64,000 nucleotides of DNA from Bacteroidota bacterium (GCA_018268195.1 JAFDWZ010000002.1:11791-75790), one strand, 5' to 3'. Numbered from the stretch's first letter, positions 51,001 to 59,293 are shown. Notes: a model not told the origin generated them from the letters alone. Made by a program: numbers and translations.

Positions 51001-52411
51001 TTTGAAAAACATTTCGTTCAACTGGAATGAAACCAATGGATTGCTGATGCCCGGATTTAATAAACAGAGTGAGTGGCTGGGACAAAACTGGGATGGAACC
51101 AACGCACCGGGTTTTGCATTTGTACTTGGAAGCCAGAATCAGAATATTCGAGAGAGGGCTGCGAAGAACGGATGGCTTACAACGGATTCAACATTCAACA
51201 GCCAGTTTATGGCCACCTATACTCAGAACATTACAGGAAGAGCATCATTGGAGCCTCTCACCGGATTTAATATAGACGTGAATTTTAATAGAAATTACTC
51301 ACTCAATACCACTGAAAATTATCGTGCCTATCGCAATCCGCGTGCTGATGGCAGCTATTATGAATCGCTGGCACGTACTGAAGGCGGTAATTTCAGCATG
51401 AGTTATCTGATGTGGGGAACATCATTTACTAACGATCGAAAGGATTACTCCTCAGGTATATTTGAACGATTTGCAGCAAACAGACGTGTTTTATCTCAGC
51501 GTCTTGGTGAGAAAAACGCCAACTCCACGGGAGTAGGTAGCGATGGCTACAATGATGGTTATAGTGGTACATCACAAGAGGTTGTTATATTATCCTTCCT
51601 TTCTGCATATTCCAAAAAGGATGCATCTAAAATATCTCTGGATTTATTTCCGCGCATTCCATTGCCCAACTGGACTATTCGTTATGACGGGTTATCGAGG
51701 TTGGCTTTTACGAAGAAACTGTTTCAGAGTATCAACCTGAATCATGGTTATCGTTCAACTTACAACGTAAATAATTTTACTACGGATATATCTTACGTTC
51801 AGGGCGGAAGTGCACGTGATATCAATAACGATTTTATACCTCAACGACAAATAGGACAGGTGAGTCTGAGCGAACAATACAGTCCTTTAATTGGTATTGA
51901 TATTACTTGGAAAAATAAAAACGATAAATCTTCACCCGGAAGTAAATCGGCTGTTGACCGGGGTGGAAGATCTTCAGGAGGAAATTTCACTACAAGAATT
52001 GAGTATAAACGAGATCGCAATATCTCACTTACACTGGCAGGTATTCAGGTTACCGAAGTTAAAGGTAATGAGTTGAGTTTCGGTGCAGGATATCGTGTGC
52101 CTAACTTCAAGTTTCCGTTCGGTCTGTTCAGAAGTGTTCAATCACGTACTTCCAACGACCTGAACACCACGCTTGATTTCTCAATTAGGAAAAATACTAC
52201 CATACTGCGTAAACTCGTGGAGGGTACCAGTCAGCCTACTTCCGGTCTTACAATTATTTCAATCAAACTGGCATCGGATTATACAGTTAATGAAAGACTC
52301 AATCTTCGAATGTTCTTCGAGAAAACTATTAATACACCGGTGGTATCTACATCGTATCCCAATTCAAATACAGCAATTGGAATCACGATACGACTTACCT
52401 TATCTCAATAA
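45083..52411 (+). CDS. sprA: T9SS translocon / cell-surface protein SprA
   Basis: 2442 aa, a giant beta-barrel-type sequence typical of SprA (TIGR04189) that follows ruvA. There is an in-frame stop at 45068-45070. The first canonical start (ATG, GTG or TTG) after that stop is TTG at 45083, and it preserves a signal-peptide-like N-terminus (KFLRYSALSLFAFPLVYVNG). Confidence 0.9.
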   Translation: MPGSKFLRYSALSLFAFPLVYVNGGSSPSSISDFSDTQGAITIPMPPDSPVAPLPYPFNDRLTDPYSNPYDHSPLFGTTPSNINTSVDYNPDTREYDINEKVGDEFYRNPSYMTFEEFKEDQFKKTTNKYWKERADGEDVIARKPLIPKIYVAGEAFDRIFGGNTIDIRPQGSAELTFGVNINRTDNPQIPEKQRRLTSFDFNEKIQMNVIGNIGEKMKLSVNYNTEASFDFENQMKLEYTGNEDEIIRKIEAGNVTLPLTGTLIKGSQSLFGIKTQLQFGRLGVTSIFSQQKGQASTIDVPPGGGQITNFDIPGDQYEANRHFFISQYFREHYDQAVSQLPTIMSPITINKIEVWITQVNFNSQDQTRNLVAMQDLGEYNAYASNFVGQGTSVYPSDELSNNLYNKLTTTYSGIRDFQNASAILDPLASIYNFSPQQDYELITNAKKLSSSDYTFNERLGFISLNSELRNDQALAVAFEYTMNGKVYRVGELTTSGIDPSKPLIVKLIRGRNFNTALPSWKLMMKNVYNLNAFQISKDKFRLDILYFDNSAGSYVRQLAEPNEPNIANKSLIRILNADNLNTSGDATPYGDGIFDYVEGITVNSQTGRIILPSVEPFGRYLESKFQSSATASKYVFKELYDSTKTIALAQGKNKFKLKGSYQSASGSEISLNAVNIPQGSVKVTAGGTELVENQDYTVDYNLGRVKIINTSVLNSATPIKVSLESNSLFSIQSKTLMGSRFDYKISKDFAIGGTILHLNERPITRKVNIGDEPISNTMLGFDGTYRTKSRFITKMVDKLPFINTKEVSSVSLNGEFAYLIPGHSKAIGKKGNAYIDNFEGTQSTIPLNIAGQWTLASVPRFQSTLFPEFDYVTSSHDTLGYGYNRAKMAWYNVDPTAFYRSNSTVSLSAAERSNHNVRQISEKELFPKRQYNNGIIPYVNTFDIAFYPDERGPYNYETSARPGFSSGINADGKLVNPQSRWGGFMRKVETSNFEESNIQYIQFWLMNPFNGDSPDTSLGNTGTLYFNLGDVSEDVLRDGYESYENGLPTTTTPGAYRENAWGRTPVAQNVLYAFDRDESTRKQQDVGLDGLGNDDERTHFASNFLDYINANVTNQAVKDALNNDPSSDDFNYFRGDNYTGNDGILVRYKNFNGTENNSPVAGSGTYVPSSTQTPDAEDCNRINGMEVDENYFQYKVDIDPAKLTVGQNYVADVMENVPALNLPDGSGKTITWYLIKIPVNDNNRERFGQISDLKSVKFIRVFAKGFSSPVVMRLANFEFLRGEWRKYDYNLTGITTPPAVFDLGAVSLEENSNRDPINYVLPPDFEREIDITSTNQRQLNEQSLSLKVCALGDGDLKVCYKNSNLDMRNYKHVKMVIHAESFLPPAAPTKDGELYAVVRLGSDFTDNYYDYRIPLKITPFYTTDPQQIWPKENDFDIDLSKLTDAKLERNNAGVALTDEYAKLDGNNVIFIKGNPTLSEVKVMMLGVWNPSGENPTFPPRPPDDGQPKCAEIWFNEFRMSDFNDKGGWATVGRAQIKLADLGNVSISGGHSTHGFGSLESKVGERSKEDVTNYDVATTLELGKFFPTSTGLTVPMYFGFGEVFSNPQYDPLDPDIEFSRSISNIDDSQRKQSRKKFSQDYTRRKSLNFTNVKKNKTGNNASKSRFYDVENLNFTYGYTEVYRRNINTEYEIQKDYLGAIGYNFNTNPKPVTPFKGLKSKSKYLRAIKDFNFNYMPSTFNFRWDVNRHYGELKVRDVNALLNSGVSDNSIPILYDKNFMMNRQYATSWDITRALKFEFNANNQSKIDEPEGALNSSEKRDSVRKNFFNLGRNTDYMHNVSLSYNLPLNKFPITDWISVNTRYNTTYHWTASPLIVSQSTGKYYTNPAIGNTIQNSNTIQVNNSFNFTSLYNKWKLYKKLTAPPKPKTPTKKEDKKSGTAVTDSLKTKPVKPPEKKKEQEINPAIKAIAKVIFSLKNISFNWNETNGLLMPGFNKQSEWLGQNWDGTNAPGFAFVLGSQNQNIRERAAKNGWLTTDSTFNSQFMATYTQNITGRASLEPLTGFNIDVNFNRNYSLNTTENYRAYRNPRADGSYYESLARTEGGNFSMSYLMWGTSFTNDRKDYSSGIFERFAANRRVLSQRLGEKNANSTGVGSDGYNDGYSGTSQEVVILSFLSAYSKKDASKISLDLFPRIPLPNWTIRYDGLSRLAFTKKLFQSINLNHGYRSTYNVNNFTTDISYVQGGSARDINNDFIPQRQIGQVSLSEQYSPLIGIDITWKNKNDKSSPGSKSAVDRGGRSSGGNFTTRIEYKRDRNISLTLAGIQVTEVKGNELSFGAGYRVPNFKFPFGLFRSVQSRTSNDLNTTLDFSIRKNTTILRKLVEGTSQPTSGLTIISIKLASDYTVNERLNLRMFFEKTINTPVVSTSYPNSNTAIGITIRLTLSQ

Positions 52412-52449
52412 GAGAAGCGTTAAATTAAAAAGGAAAGTTGTTGAAAGCG

Positions 52450-52473
52450 GGTTGCTGTTAATGTACAGCAACC
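52450..52473. terminator. Hairpin at the convergent sprA/carA junction, overlapping the last carA codons
   Basis: GGTTGCTGT-taatgt-ACAGCAACC forms a 9-bp perfect stem. T-runs are weak. Confidence 0.35.
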
Positions 52474-53582
52474 TCATGTTTTACTTCACGTACTGCTTTT
52501 ACAAAATCGTCAAAAAGATACCGTGCATCATTTGGTCCCGGTGCTGCTTCAGGATGATACTGAACAGAAAATGCTTTTTTGTTTTTCACTCTGATACCTT
52601 CAATGCTGTTATCATTCAGGTTGACATGCGTAACTTCTATCTCTGAGTTTTTTAGTACATCTTCAGGTACTACTCCGAAGCCATGATTTTGGGAAGTAAC
52701 TTCTGCCTTTCCTGTAATCATGTTCTTAACAGGATGATTGATGCCGCGGTGCCCATTAAACATCTTAAAGGTTTTTATCCCACATGCTTCTGCCAACATC
52801 TGATGACCAAGGCAAATTCCCATCAATGCTTTATCTGAATCTAAAATCTGTTTCATGGTAGTAACGGTCTGTGGCATCACAGCAGGATCACCGGGTCCAT
52901 TGGAAATAAGGTATCCCTGTGGTTTGAATTTTTCCATCTCATCAAATGATGATGACATTGGAAATACTTTTACATAGCAGTTGCGGTCAGCAAGACAGCG
53001 TAAAGTGTTTTCTTTTACTCCCAAATCAAGCACTGCAACACGCAGTTCTGCATCGGCATTCCCAAAGGTGTAAGGTTGTTTTGTCGAAACCTGACTGGAA
53101 AGTTCCAAACCTTCCATTGATGGTACTTTGCTCAATTGCTGCTTTAGCGTTTCGATATCTGAAATTTCAGAAGAAATAATAGCATTCATTGCACCTTTGT
53201 TGCGGATGTGCTGAACGATAGCTCTGGTGTCCACATCAGAAACCACAACCATGTTGTTCTCAACAAAATAATCCTGCAAACTTTGATCTGCTTGCTTACG
53301 TGAAAAATGTTCACTGAAATTACGACAAACCAATCCGGATATTTTTACCGATGCCGATTCAGACTCGGCATTCTTTACTCCGTAGTTGCCAATGTGAACA
53401 GACGTCATCACCATAATTTGTGATTTGTAGCTGGGGTCGGTAAAAATTTCCTGATATCCGGTCATCCCGGTGTTGAAACAAATTTCGCCTGTGGCAGTGC
53501 CTATTTTCCCTGCTGACTTTCCGTAGAAGATGGTTCCATCCTGCAAAAGAAGTATGGCCGGTGATTTATGAGCGTATTTCAT
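52458..53582 (-). CDS. carA: Carbamoyl-phosphate synthase small (glutamine amidotransferase) subunit
   Basis: CPSase small-subunit N-domain plus a class I GATase (GICLGHQMLA, VQYHPEAAPGP). Confidence 0.95.
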   Translation of the reverse strand: MKYAHKSPAILLLQDGTIFYGKSAGKIGTATGEICFNTGMTGYQEIFTDPSYKSQIMVMTSVHIGNYGVKNAESESASVKISGLVCRNFSEHFSRKQADQSLQDYFVENNMVVVSDVDTRAIVQHIRNKGAMNAIISSEISDIETLKQQLSKVPSMEGLELSSQVSTKQPYTFGNADAELRVAVLDLGVKENTLRCLADRNCYVKVFPMSSSFDEMEKFKPQGYLISNGPGDPAVMPQTVTTMKQILDSDKALMGICLGHQMLAEACGIKTFKMFNGHRGINHPVKNMITGKAEVTSQNHGFGVVPEDVLKNSEIEVTHVNLNDNSIEGIRVKNKKAFSVQYHPEAAPGPNDARYLFDDFVKAVREVKHEVAVH

Positions 53583-53597
53583 TAAAAAAAAGTTTTA

Positions 53598-53605
53598 CAA
53601 AGATA
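53598..53605 (-). promoter_or_regulatory. -7 promoter box (TATCTTTG on the minus strand) upstream of carA
   Basis: The plus strand reads CAAAGATA, 16 nt upstream of the ATG at 53582, implying a short leader. Confidence 0.45.
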
Positions 53606-53654
53606 CCATTAAAATAAAAGGGATTTTCAGGGAATATATGTTGTGTTGATAAAA

Positions 53655-54350
53655 TTACAACGCTCCCTCATCAGCAAAACTGTAGAAACTGCTACCGGAA
53701 ATAATAATGTGGTCCAAAACATTAATATCAAGCAACATACCGGCATCTTTGAGTTTGCGTGTAAGGCTTATATCATTCTGGCTGGGTTTATTATTTCCGC
53801 TGGGGTGGTTATGGCAAAGGATGATTCCTGAGGCAAGATTTTGAATGGCATTTTTAAAAATTATTCGTGCATCTACCACAGTTCCCGATATGCCGCCTTT
53901 GCTTATATTTTCAATGTCAATTATCTTATTGGCACGGTCAAGCATCATAATCCAGAACTCTTCATAAGGAAGGTCGGCCAGTTGACCTTTAAACACTTCT
54001 ACGGCATCCTTGCTGGATGTGATTTTTTTCTTTTCAACTGCCTGGGCAGTAGCACGTCTGCTTCCCAACTCAAGTGCTGCCACAATGGTGATGGCCTTTA
54101 CTTTTCCAATACCCTTGAACTGAGCCATATCTTTTACGGTCAATCGCGAAAGAGCTGTAAGATCGTTGTCAACGGTTTTAAGCATTCGTTTAGCAAGGTC
54201 AACGGCTGATTCATCACGGCTGCCTGAGCGTATAAGTATGGCCAGCAATTCGCTGTCGGTTAAAGCTCTTCGTCCTTTTTCTTCTAGTTTTTCACGTGGC
54301 CTGTCGCTCTCCGACCATGATTTTATGGTGTTTCCGGTTTCTTTTTCCAT
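53655..54350 (-). CDS. radC: RadC-family JAB/MPN-domain protein
   Basis: N-terminus IKSWSESDRPREKLEEKGRRALTDSELLAILI, an HhH motif, and the JAB motif CHNHPSGNNKPSQNDISLT. I prefer the ATG at 54350 (MEKETG...) to the TTG at 54377, which abuts the rpsT terminator. Confidence 0.85.
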   Translation of the reverse strand: MEKETGNTIKSWSESDRPREKLEEKGRRALTDSELLAILIRSGSRDESAVDLAKRMLKTVDNDLTALSRLTVKDMAQFKGIGKVKAITIVAALELGSRRATAQAVEKKKITSSKDAVEVFKGQLADLPYEEFWIMMLDRANKIIDIENISKGGISGTVVDARIIFKNAIQNLASGIILCHNHPSGNNKPSQNDISLTRKLKDAGMLLDINVLDHIIISGSSFYSFADEGAL

Positions 54351-54375
54351 CTTGTAAAAATAGGAGGAGAGTAGC

Positions 54376-54409
54376 AAATAAAAAAGCCCACCTGTAACAG
54401 ATGGGCTTT
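54376..54409 (-). terminator. Rho-independent terminator after rpsT
   Basis: The minus strand reads AAAGCCCA-(loop)-TGGGCTTT followed by TTTTATTT. Confidence 0.65.
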
Positions 54410-54432
54410 AAGGTATTTATATTTTTAATGCT

Positions 54433-54687
54433 TTATTTTAAGCTATTTACATGGCGCGCAACGCTAGATTTTAAATTGGCTGCCTTGTTTTTATGGATGA
54501 TATTTTTCTTTGCCATTTTATCAACCAGCGCATTTACTTCAGGAAGCATTTTTTCAGCTTCTTTTTTATCCTTAGTACCACGTATTTCTTTTAATACATT
54601 ACGTGATGTTTTAGCCTGATAACGGTTTCTGGTTCTCTTTGCTCCATTAGAGCGGATTCTCTTTTCGGCTGACTTATGATTTGCCAT
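54433..54687 (-). CDS. rpsT: 30S ribosomal protein S20
   Basis: MANHKSAEKRIRSNGAKRTRNRYQAKTSR..., a basic 84-aa protein. Confidence 0.95.
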   Translation of the reverse strand: MANHKSAEKRIRSNGAKRTRNRYQAKTSRNVLKEIRGTKDKKEAEKMLPEVNALVDKMAKKNIIHKNKAANLKSSVARHVNSLK

Positions 54688-54739
54688 GTGTTACTGTTTT
54701 AATTCTTTATAAATGACAGATTTTATTCTGTTTTTTTTG

Positions 54740-54811
54740 TAGCCCGTACGAGAATCGAACTCGTGTTTCCTCCGTGAAAGGGAGATGTCCTAACCCCTAG
54801 ACGAACGGGCC
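54740..54811 (-). tRNA. tRNA-Glu (anticodon UUC)
   Basis: The reverse complement GGCCCGTTCGTCTAGGGGTTAGGACATCTCCCTTTCACGGAGGAAACACGAGTTCGATTCTCGTACGGGCTA folds as a 72-nt cloverleaf. It has a 7-bp acceptor stem with G1-U72, U8, A14, anticodon loop CTTTCAC and T-loop TTCGATT. CCA is not encoded. Confidence 0.9.
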
Positions 54812-54830
54812 ATTATTTTTTTTGAGGCTG

Positions 54831-54838
54831 CAAATGTA
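54831..54838 (-). promoter_or_regulatory. -7 promoter box (TACATTTG on the minus strand) upstream of tRNA-Glu, which probably also drives rpsT
   Basis: The plus strand reads CAAATGTA, 20 nt upstream of the mature tRNA 5' end. Confidence 0.5.
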
Positions 54839-55073
54839 AAAAAACTATTTAAATTCACTGCATAACTTTAAATAAATTTTCTTATTAAAGGTAAGTATAA
54901 CAATGGTATGGATTTTACACCGGTACATTGAGGCTGCGCTCAAAAAGCCTAATGTCTTCTTGAAGAAGAGCCAAATTGACATTTATCATCTTATTTGCTG
55001 ATGCGGTAGCGATAATTAGTGTCGTTAACCCGCTAATATTGCATCCTTAAACAAGTTTTTAAAGATTCTGATT

Positions 55074-55664
55074 ATGACTTTTGAAGAATATCACTCTTAT
55101 TTTGAAAATTTATTGAAACAGGAAGCCGGGCAAAGGCCTGAACCTTATGACAATCCTGATTATTTTGAGTACACAAGGCTAAATTGGTCACGACTGAATC
55201 GCTGGCTGAAAACAGGTAAATTATCGGATGAGACGATTAACGTGATGAAAAATATTAAGGAACAACAGCTTTGGATTGTGATAACTGAGCCGTGGTGTGG
55301 CGATGCTGCTCACATAGTGCCTTTTATTGAACTGATAAGCCGCCAAAACCCTAATGTTTCTGTCAATTATGAGTTGCGTGATAGCGAACCAAACCGTATA
55401 AACGATTATCTGACCAACAATTCCAAGTCAATTCCTAAGTTGATTATCAGAAACAGTGATGATAAAGATCTTGCTGTATGGGGGCCGAGACCGGATGCTT
55501 GTCAGCAGTTTTATCTGTCAATGAAAGAAAAGGGAATGACGATTGATACCATTAAACTTGAAATTCAGAACTGGTATAACGACAATAAAGGAGCAGAAGT
55601 TCAGCGCGAGTTAGTTGAAGTTTTGACTAATCTGACAGAGCATAAAACAAAAGAGCTGCTTTAA
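55074..55664 (+). CDS. Thioredoxin-fold family protein
   Basis: 196 aa with a thioredoxin-like block IVITEPWCGDAAHIVPFIE, containing a single Cys in a WCGD context. Confidence 0.7.
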   Translation: MTFEEYHSYFENLLKQEAGQRPEPYDNPDYFEYTRLNWSRLNRWLKTGKLSDETINVMKNIKEQQLWIVITEPWCGDAAHIVPFIELISRQNPNVSVNYELRDSEPNRINDYLTNNSKSIPKLIIRNSDDKDLAVWGPRPDACQQFYLSMKEKGMTIDTIKLEIQNWYNDNKGAEVQRELVEVLTNLTEHKTKELL

Positions 55665-55688
55665 TTAAAGCAGCTCTTTTGTTTTATG
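55641..55688. terminator. 48-nt perfect palindrome at the convergent thioredoxin-like/pnp junction (bidirectional terminator candidate)
   Basis: CATAAAACAAAAGAGCTGCTTTAA|TTAAAGCAGCTCTTTTGTTTTATG has 24-nt perfect arms and contains both stop codons (55662-55664 and 55684-55686). Confidence 0.7.
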
Positions 55689-57885
55689 ATTCCGTATTTT
55701 GATTTTCTTTCGGTAACCTGCGTTCGCGATGCTTGCCGTCATGTGGTCTTCCTTCGCCAGCTGCTCTTTCAGGTTTAGGCAACAGAGCTTTTCGCGACAA
55801 TTTGAGCTTGCCTGATTTTTCTTCCACACCGATGAGTTTTACTTCCACTATATCACCTTCTTTGAAAACTCCATCCATGGTTGCTAATCGCTCATGCGTG
55901 ATTTCTGAAATATGCAACAAGCCGTCTTTGCCGGGTAAAATTTCAACAAAGGCACCAAAGGTGGTAATGTTCTTTACTTTTCCTTTATAAACTGTTCCTA
56001 TTTCAGGCACTGCAACTATTGCTTTCACACGTTCAAGGGCTTTATCCATACTTTCTTTGCCTACTGCGGCAATTTGTACATAACCTTTGTTATTTTTCTC
56101 TTCAATAGTAATGGTTGCACCGCTTTCGCGTTGAATTTCCTGAATGATTTTTCCTCCGGGTCCTATTACTGCACCAATCTGATCTGTTTCAATAGTAAAC
56201 TCAACTATTCTTGGAGCATTTGGTTTGTAGTCGGGGCGTGCTTCAGTGATGGTTTTTTCCATTTCGCCAATGATGTGCAAACGTCCCTGACGTGCCTGCT
56301 CCAATGCTTGCGCCATTACTTCGTAAGGCAAACCTGTAACCTTCAAATCCATCTGTGTGGCAGTAATACCTTTGGCAGTTCCTGCTACTTTAAAATCCAT
56401 ATCACCTAAGTGATCTTCATCTCCCAGAATGTCGCTGAGTATGGCATAGCGGCCTTTGCCATCGCTTATAAGTCCCATAGCAATACCTGCTACAGTTGAT
56501 TTCATTTTTATACCTGCATCCATTAACGCCATGCTTCCTGCACAAACTGTAGCCATGGAACTGGAGCCATTAGACTCGAGAATATCAGAAACTACACGTA
56601 TGGTGTAAGGGTTTTCTGATTCATCAGGTAATGCTTTGGTAAGTGCTCGCAATGCAAGATTGCCATGGCCTACTTCACGTCTTCCTGTTCCACGCATAGG
56701 TCTTACCTCACCGGTTGAGAAAGGAGGGAAGTTGTAATGCAGAAGAAACTTTTTAGTGCCTTCAATCATTGCACCATCAATAATCTGCTCTTCCATTTTA
56801 CCTCCTAAAGTAACTGTGGTTAGCGATTGTGTTTCACCTCTTGTGAAAACAGCTGAACCGTGGGCGGTAGGGATATAATTCACTTCACTCCAGATAGGGC
56901 GTATTTCAGAAAGACCACGACCATCAAGGCGTTTTTTCTCTGCAAGTAAAGCTTCACGTACAGCATCATACTCCACATCATGATAATAACGTTTGATGAA
57001 AGCTGTTTTTTCTTCTAGTTCTTCTTCGCTATATCTTGATTTGAATTCTTCGAGAATAGCTTCAAAAGCTTTTTGTCGTTCGCTCTTATTTGGGTTTCCC
57101 ATTAGAGCAGTTTCATATACTTTTTTGTAGGTTTCGTCTTTTACTAACTTACGAAGCTCCTCATCATGTTCTTCGTGATTGTATTCGCGTTTTGTTTTAC
57201 CACCAATTTTGGCAAGAAGGTCAAGTTGTGCCTGGCATTGAATTTTTATTGCTTCGTGTGCAGTGCGAATAGCTTCAAGCATAGTAGCTTCGGTTACTTC
57301 ATTCATTTCGCCTTCTACCATTACAATGTTTTCTGCTGAACCTGCAACAATCAAATCGAGGGTAGCGCGTGATAAATCTTCCGTAAACGGATTAATTACC
57401 ATATTGCCGTCAATTTGAGCTACACGTACTTCTGATATAGGTCCGTTGAAAGGGATGTCGCTTATTGTAAGTGCTGTTGAAGCTGCAAGTGCTGCAAGTG
57501 CATCGGGTAATATTTTGGTATCACCTGAGTGAAGAGTCACTAACACCTGTGTGTCGGCATGGAAGTTTTCAGGAAACATCGGGCGCAGGGCACGGTCAAT
57601 CAATCGGCTGATTAGAATTTCATATTCTGATGGTCGTGCTTCACGTTTGAAAAATCCTCCCGGAAAACGCCCTACTGACGCATATTTCTCTTGATAATCT
57701 ACTGTTAGAGGCATAAAATCAACCCCGGGCATTGCATCTTGTTTAGCACAGGCTGTTGCCAAAATCATGCAATCGCCCATTCTTATTACTACAGAGCCAT
57801 CAGCCTGTTTAGCTAATTTTCCTGTTTCCATGGTGATTTCTCGTCCGTCAGGCAGAGAAAATGTGTGTTTAACTCCTAAATTCAT
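55684..57885 (-). CDS. pnp: Polyribonucleotide nucleotidyltransferase (PNPase)
   Basis: Two RNase PH domains, a KH domain and an S1 domain ([28 protein letters not shown]), immediately downstream of rpsO. Confidence 0.95.
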   Translation of the reverse strand: MNLGVKHTFSLPDGREITMETGKLAKQADGSVVIRMGDCMILATACAKQDAMPGVDFMPLTVDYQEKYASVGRFPGGFFKREARPSEYEILISRLIDRALRPMFPENFHADTQVLVTLHSGDTKILPDALAALAASTALTISDIPFNGPISEVRVAQIDGNMVINPFTEDLSRATLDLIVAGSAENIVMVEGEMNEVTEATMLEAIRTAHEAIKIQCQAQLDLLAKIGGKTKREYNHEEHDEELRKLVKDETYKKVYETALMGNPNKSERQKAFEAILEEFKSRYSEEELEEKTAFIKRYYHDVEYDAVREALLAEKKRLDGRGLSEIRPIWSEVNYIPTAHGSAVFTRGETQSLTTVTLGGKMEEQIIDGAMIEGTKKFLLHYNFPPFSTGEVRPMRGTGRREVGHGNLALRALTKALPDESENPYTIRVVSDILESNGSSSMATVCAGSMALMDAGIKMKSTVAGIAMGLISDGKGRYAILSDILGDEDHLGDMDFKVAGTAKGITATQMDLKVTGLPYEVMAQALEQARQGRLHIIGEMEKTITEARPDYKPNAPRIVEFTIETDQIGAVIGPGGKIIQEIQRESGATITIEEKNNKGYVQIAAVGKESMDKALERVKAIVAVPEIGTVYKGKVKNITTFGAFVEILPGKDGLLHISEITHERLATMDGVFKEGDIVEVKLIGVEEKSGKLKLSRKALLPKPERAAGEGRPHDGKHRERRLPKENQNTES

Positions 57886-57908
57886 CTTCTATAAAAGTGT
57901 TTAAAAAC

Positions 57909-57938
57909 AAAAAGGCAATCGTTTAACATTGCCTTTTT
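57909..57938 (-). terminator. rpsO-pnp intergenic hairpin (terminator/attenuator)
   Basis: AAAAAGGCAAT-(8-nt loop)-ATTGCCTTTTT forms an 11-bp stem, with a T-run on the transcribed strand. Confidence 0.65.
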
Positions 57939-57962
57939 GATATGTTGTGTTTTTCAATTTAA

Positions 57963-58232
57963 TTACTTCCTTAAACCTAAGTCGGCTACTATTTTACGAT
58001 AGCGCTGAATATCTGTTTTTGTGAGATAGTCGAGTAAACTTCTGCGTTTACCTACAAGTCTGATTAGTGATTGCTGTGTTGAATAATCTTTCGGCTGATT
58101 TTTCAGATGACTTGTCAGATGATTGATACGCTCGGTAAACATAGTAATTTGTGCTTCGGCATTACCGGTGTTTTTGTCGTTACCACCAAATTTTGTGAAA
58201 ATTTCCTTTTTCTTTTCGGCTGTTAAAATCAT
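57963..58232 (-). CDS. rpsO: 30S ribosomal protein S15
   Basis: 89 aa, with LTSHLKNQPKDYSTQQSLIRLVGKRRSLLDYL. Confidence 0.95.
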   Translation of the reverse strand: MILTAEKKKEIFTKFGGNDKNTGNAEAQITMFTERINHLTSHLKNQPKDYSTQQSLIRLVGKRRSLLDYLTKTDIQRYRKIVADLGLRK

Positions 58233-58265
58233 TGTATTTAATCTCTTTTAAAAAATAAAGTGTGC

Positions 58266-58273
58266 AAAGATAC
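58266..58273 (-). promoter_or_regulatory. -7 promoter box (TATCTTTG on the minus strand) upstream of rpsO
   Basis: The plus strand reads CAAAGATA, 34 nt upstream of the ATG at 58232. Confidence 0.5.
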
Positions 58274-58323
58274 AATTTATTTGATAAGTATCACACACTC
58301 CGCTCAGCTTTTTTTTATTTAAT

Positions 58324-58360
58324 TTAAATGCCACTTTTGAATTTCAAAAGTGGCATTTAA
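58324..58360. terminator. 37-nt near-perfect palindrome downstream of the DUF3078 gene (putative terminator)
   Basis: TTAAATGCCACTTTTGAA-t-TTCAAAAGTGGCATTTAA has 18-nt arms. The flanking U-runs are weak. Confidence 0.45.
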
Positions 58361-58384
58361 TGTATTGATTGTTAATGCCGTATG

Positions 58385-59293
58385 TTAAAACTTGTATGAC
58401 AGTCCAATGCCGAATACTTCTTTGAACTGAAGTCTAGGACCTGTTTGAGCTTCTTTTACTCCGCTGGTTTCTTTGATGACAGTTACAGGTATGATATCAT
58501 CATAAATTAATTGAGTTCCGATATTGGCACTCAGGTATTTATTTATTTTCATTGCAATTAAAATTTCATGGTTAATGGCAATGTTTTGTGGGTTTTTAAG
58601 ATAGTTGCTGAACAACTCTAATTTGGTCTGAAAATTAACATTGGTAAATACATCTTTCTTGTACATAGCTTTCAGGTAAGCGCCTAATTGGGTGAGTGAC
58701 TTTTTACCCGGGTCAACACCAAAGGCTCCTGCTTGCGAAAGGTTGTCATCATTCACAATAATAGTTCTACCGGTAAGGGGTGACAAATACAAACTGAAGT
58801 TGTCATTAGGTTTGTAATCCACACCAATGGAATATAACAGATATGCAGGTGCAAGAAATCTGGAAATAGGATGCTCACGAAGAGTGTCTAATTTATAATC
58901 GTAGCCATTGCCAAACTGACTTTTGAAATTGAAAAGGAAGGTATAATAGAACTTACTCTCTTTGGCAATTTTATAACCTAATTTAGAGTTGAGGTCTATT
59001 TTATCTTCACTCTTAACAACTTTCGCGCTTCCTGATTTAAGTAATCCATAAGCAAGATCCAACTGATTATCCCAAGCAATACGATCTTTAGCATAATTTG
59101 CAAACAGAGTAAGGAAAGCAGCTCCGGAGACTGAATTTTCGCCACCTGCAGCCCAGTTACTGAAGGCAATCTGATTAAAGTTTACCGAGCCCATTCCACC
59201 TTTTTTCCATGAGGTATCAACGGCAGTTTCGGTTTGTGCAAGTGATGGTAACACTATTGCCATTGCTGCAAGTGTTGTAAATAAATGTTTCAT
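58385..59293 (-). CDS. DUF3078-family outer-membrane beta-barrel protein
   Basis: Signal peptide, the block WKKGGMGSVNFNQIAFSNWAAGGENS typical of DUF3078, and a C-terminal ...GIGLSYKF. Confidence 0.7.
   Translation of the reverse strand: MKHLFTTLAAMAIVLPSLAQTETAVDTSWKKGGMGSVNFNQIAFSNWAAGGENSVSGAAFLTLFANYAKDRIAWDNQLDLAYGLLKSGSAKVVKSEDKIDLNSKLGYKIAKESKFYYTFLFNFKSQFGNGYDYKLDTLREHPISRFLAPAYLLYSIGVDYKPNDNFSLYLSPLTGRTIIVNDDNLSQAGAFGVDPGKKSLTQLGAYLKAMYKKDVFTNVNFQTKLELFSNYLKNPQNIAINHEILIAMKINKYLSANIGTQLIYDDIIPVTVIKETSGVKEAQTGPRLQFKEVFGIGLSYKF

Noticed and set aside
52458-53582. carA without an adjacent carB, and hmgA (39202..40365) without hppD or fahA neighbours.
   Set aside because: Scattered pathway genes are normal in Bacteroidota. 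Nothing in the sequence suggests pseudogenisation or a novel context.
54740-54811. A G1-U72 wobble at the top of the tRNA-Glu acceptor stem.
   Set aside because: The rest of the cloverleaf is canonical (U8, A14, T-loop TTCGATT, 7-nt anticodon loop). A terminal G-U is tolerated and may simply be lineage-typical. I cannot judge its significance without a tRNA database.
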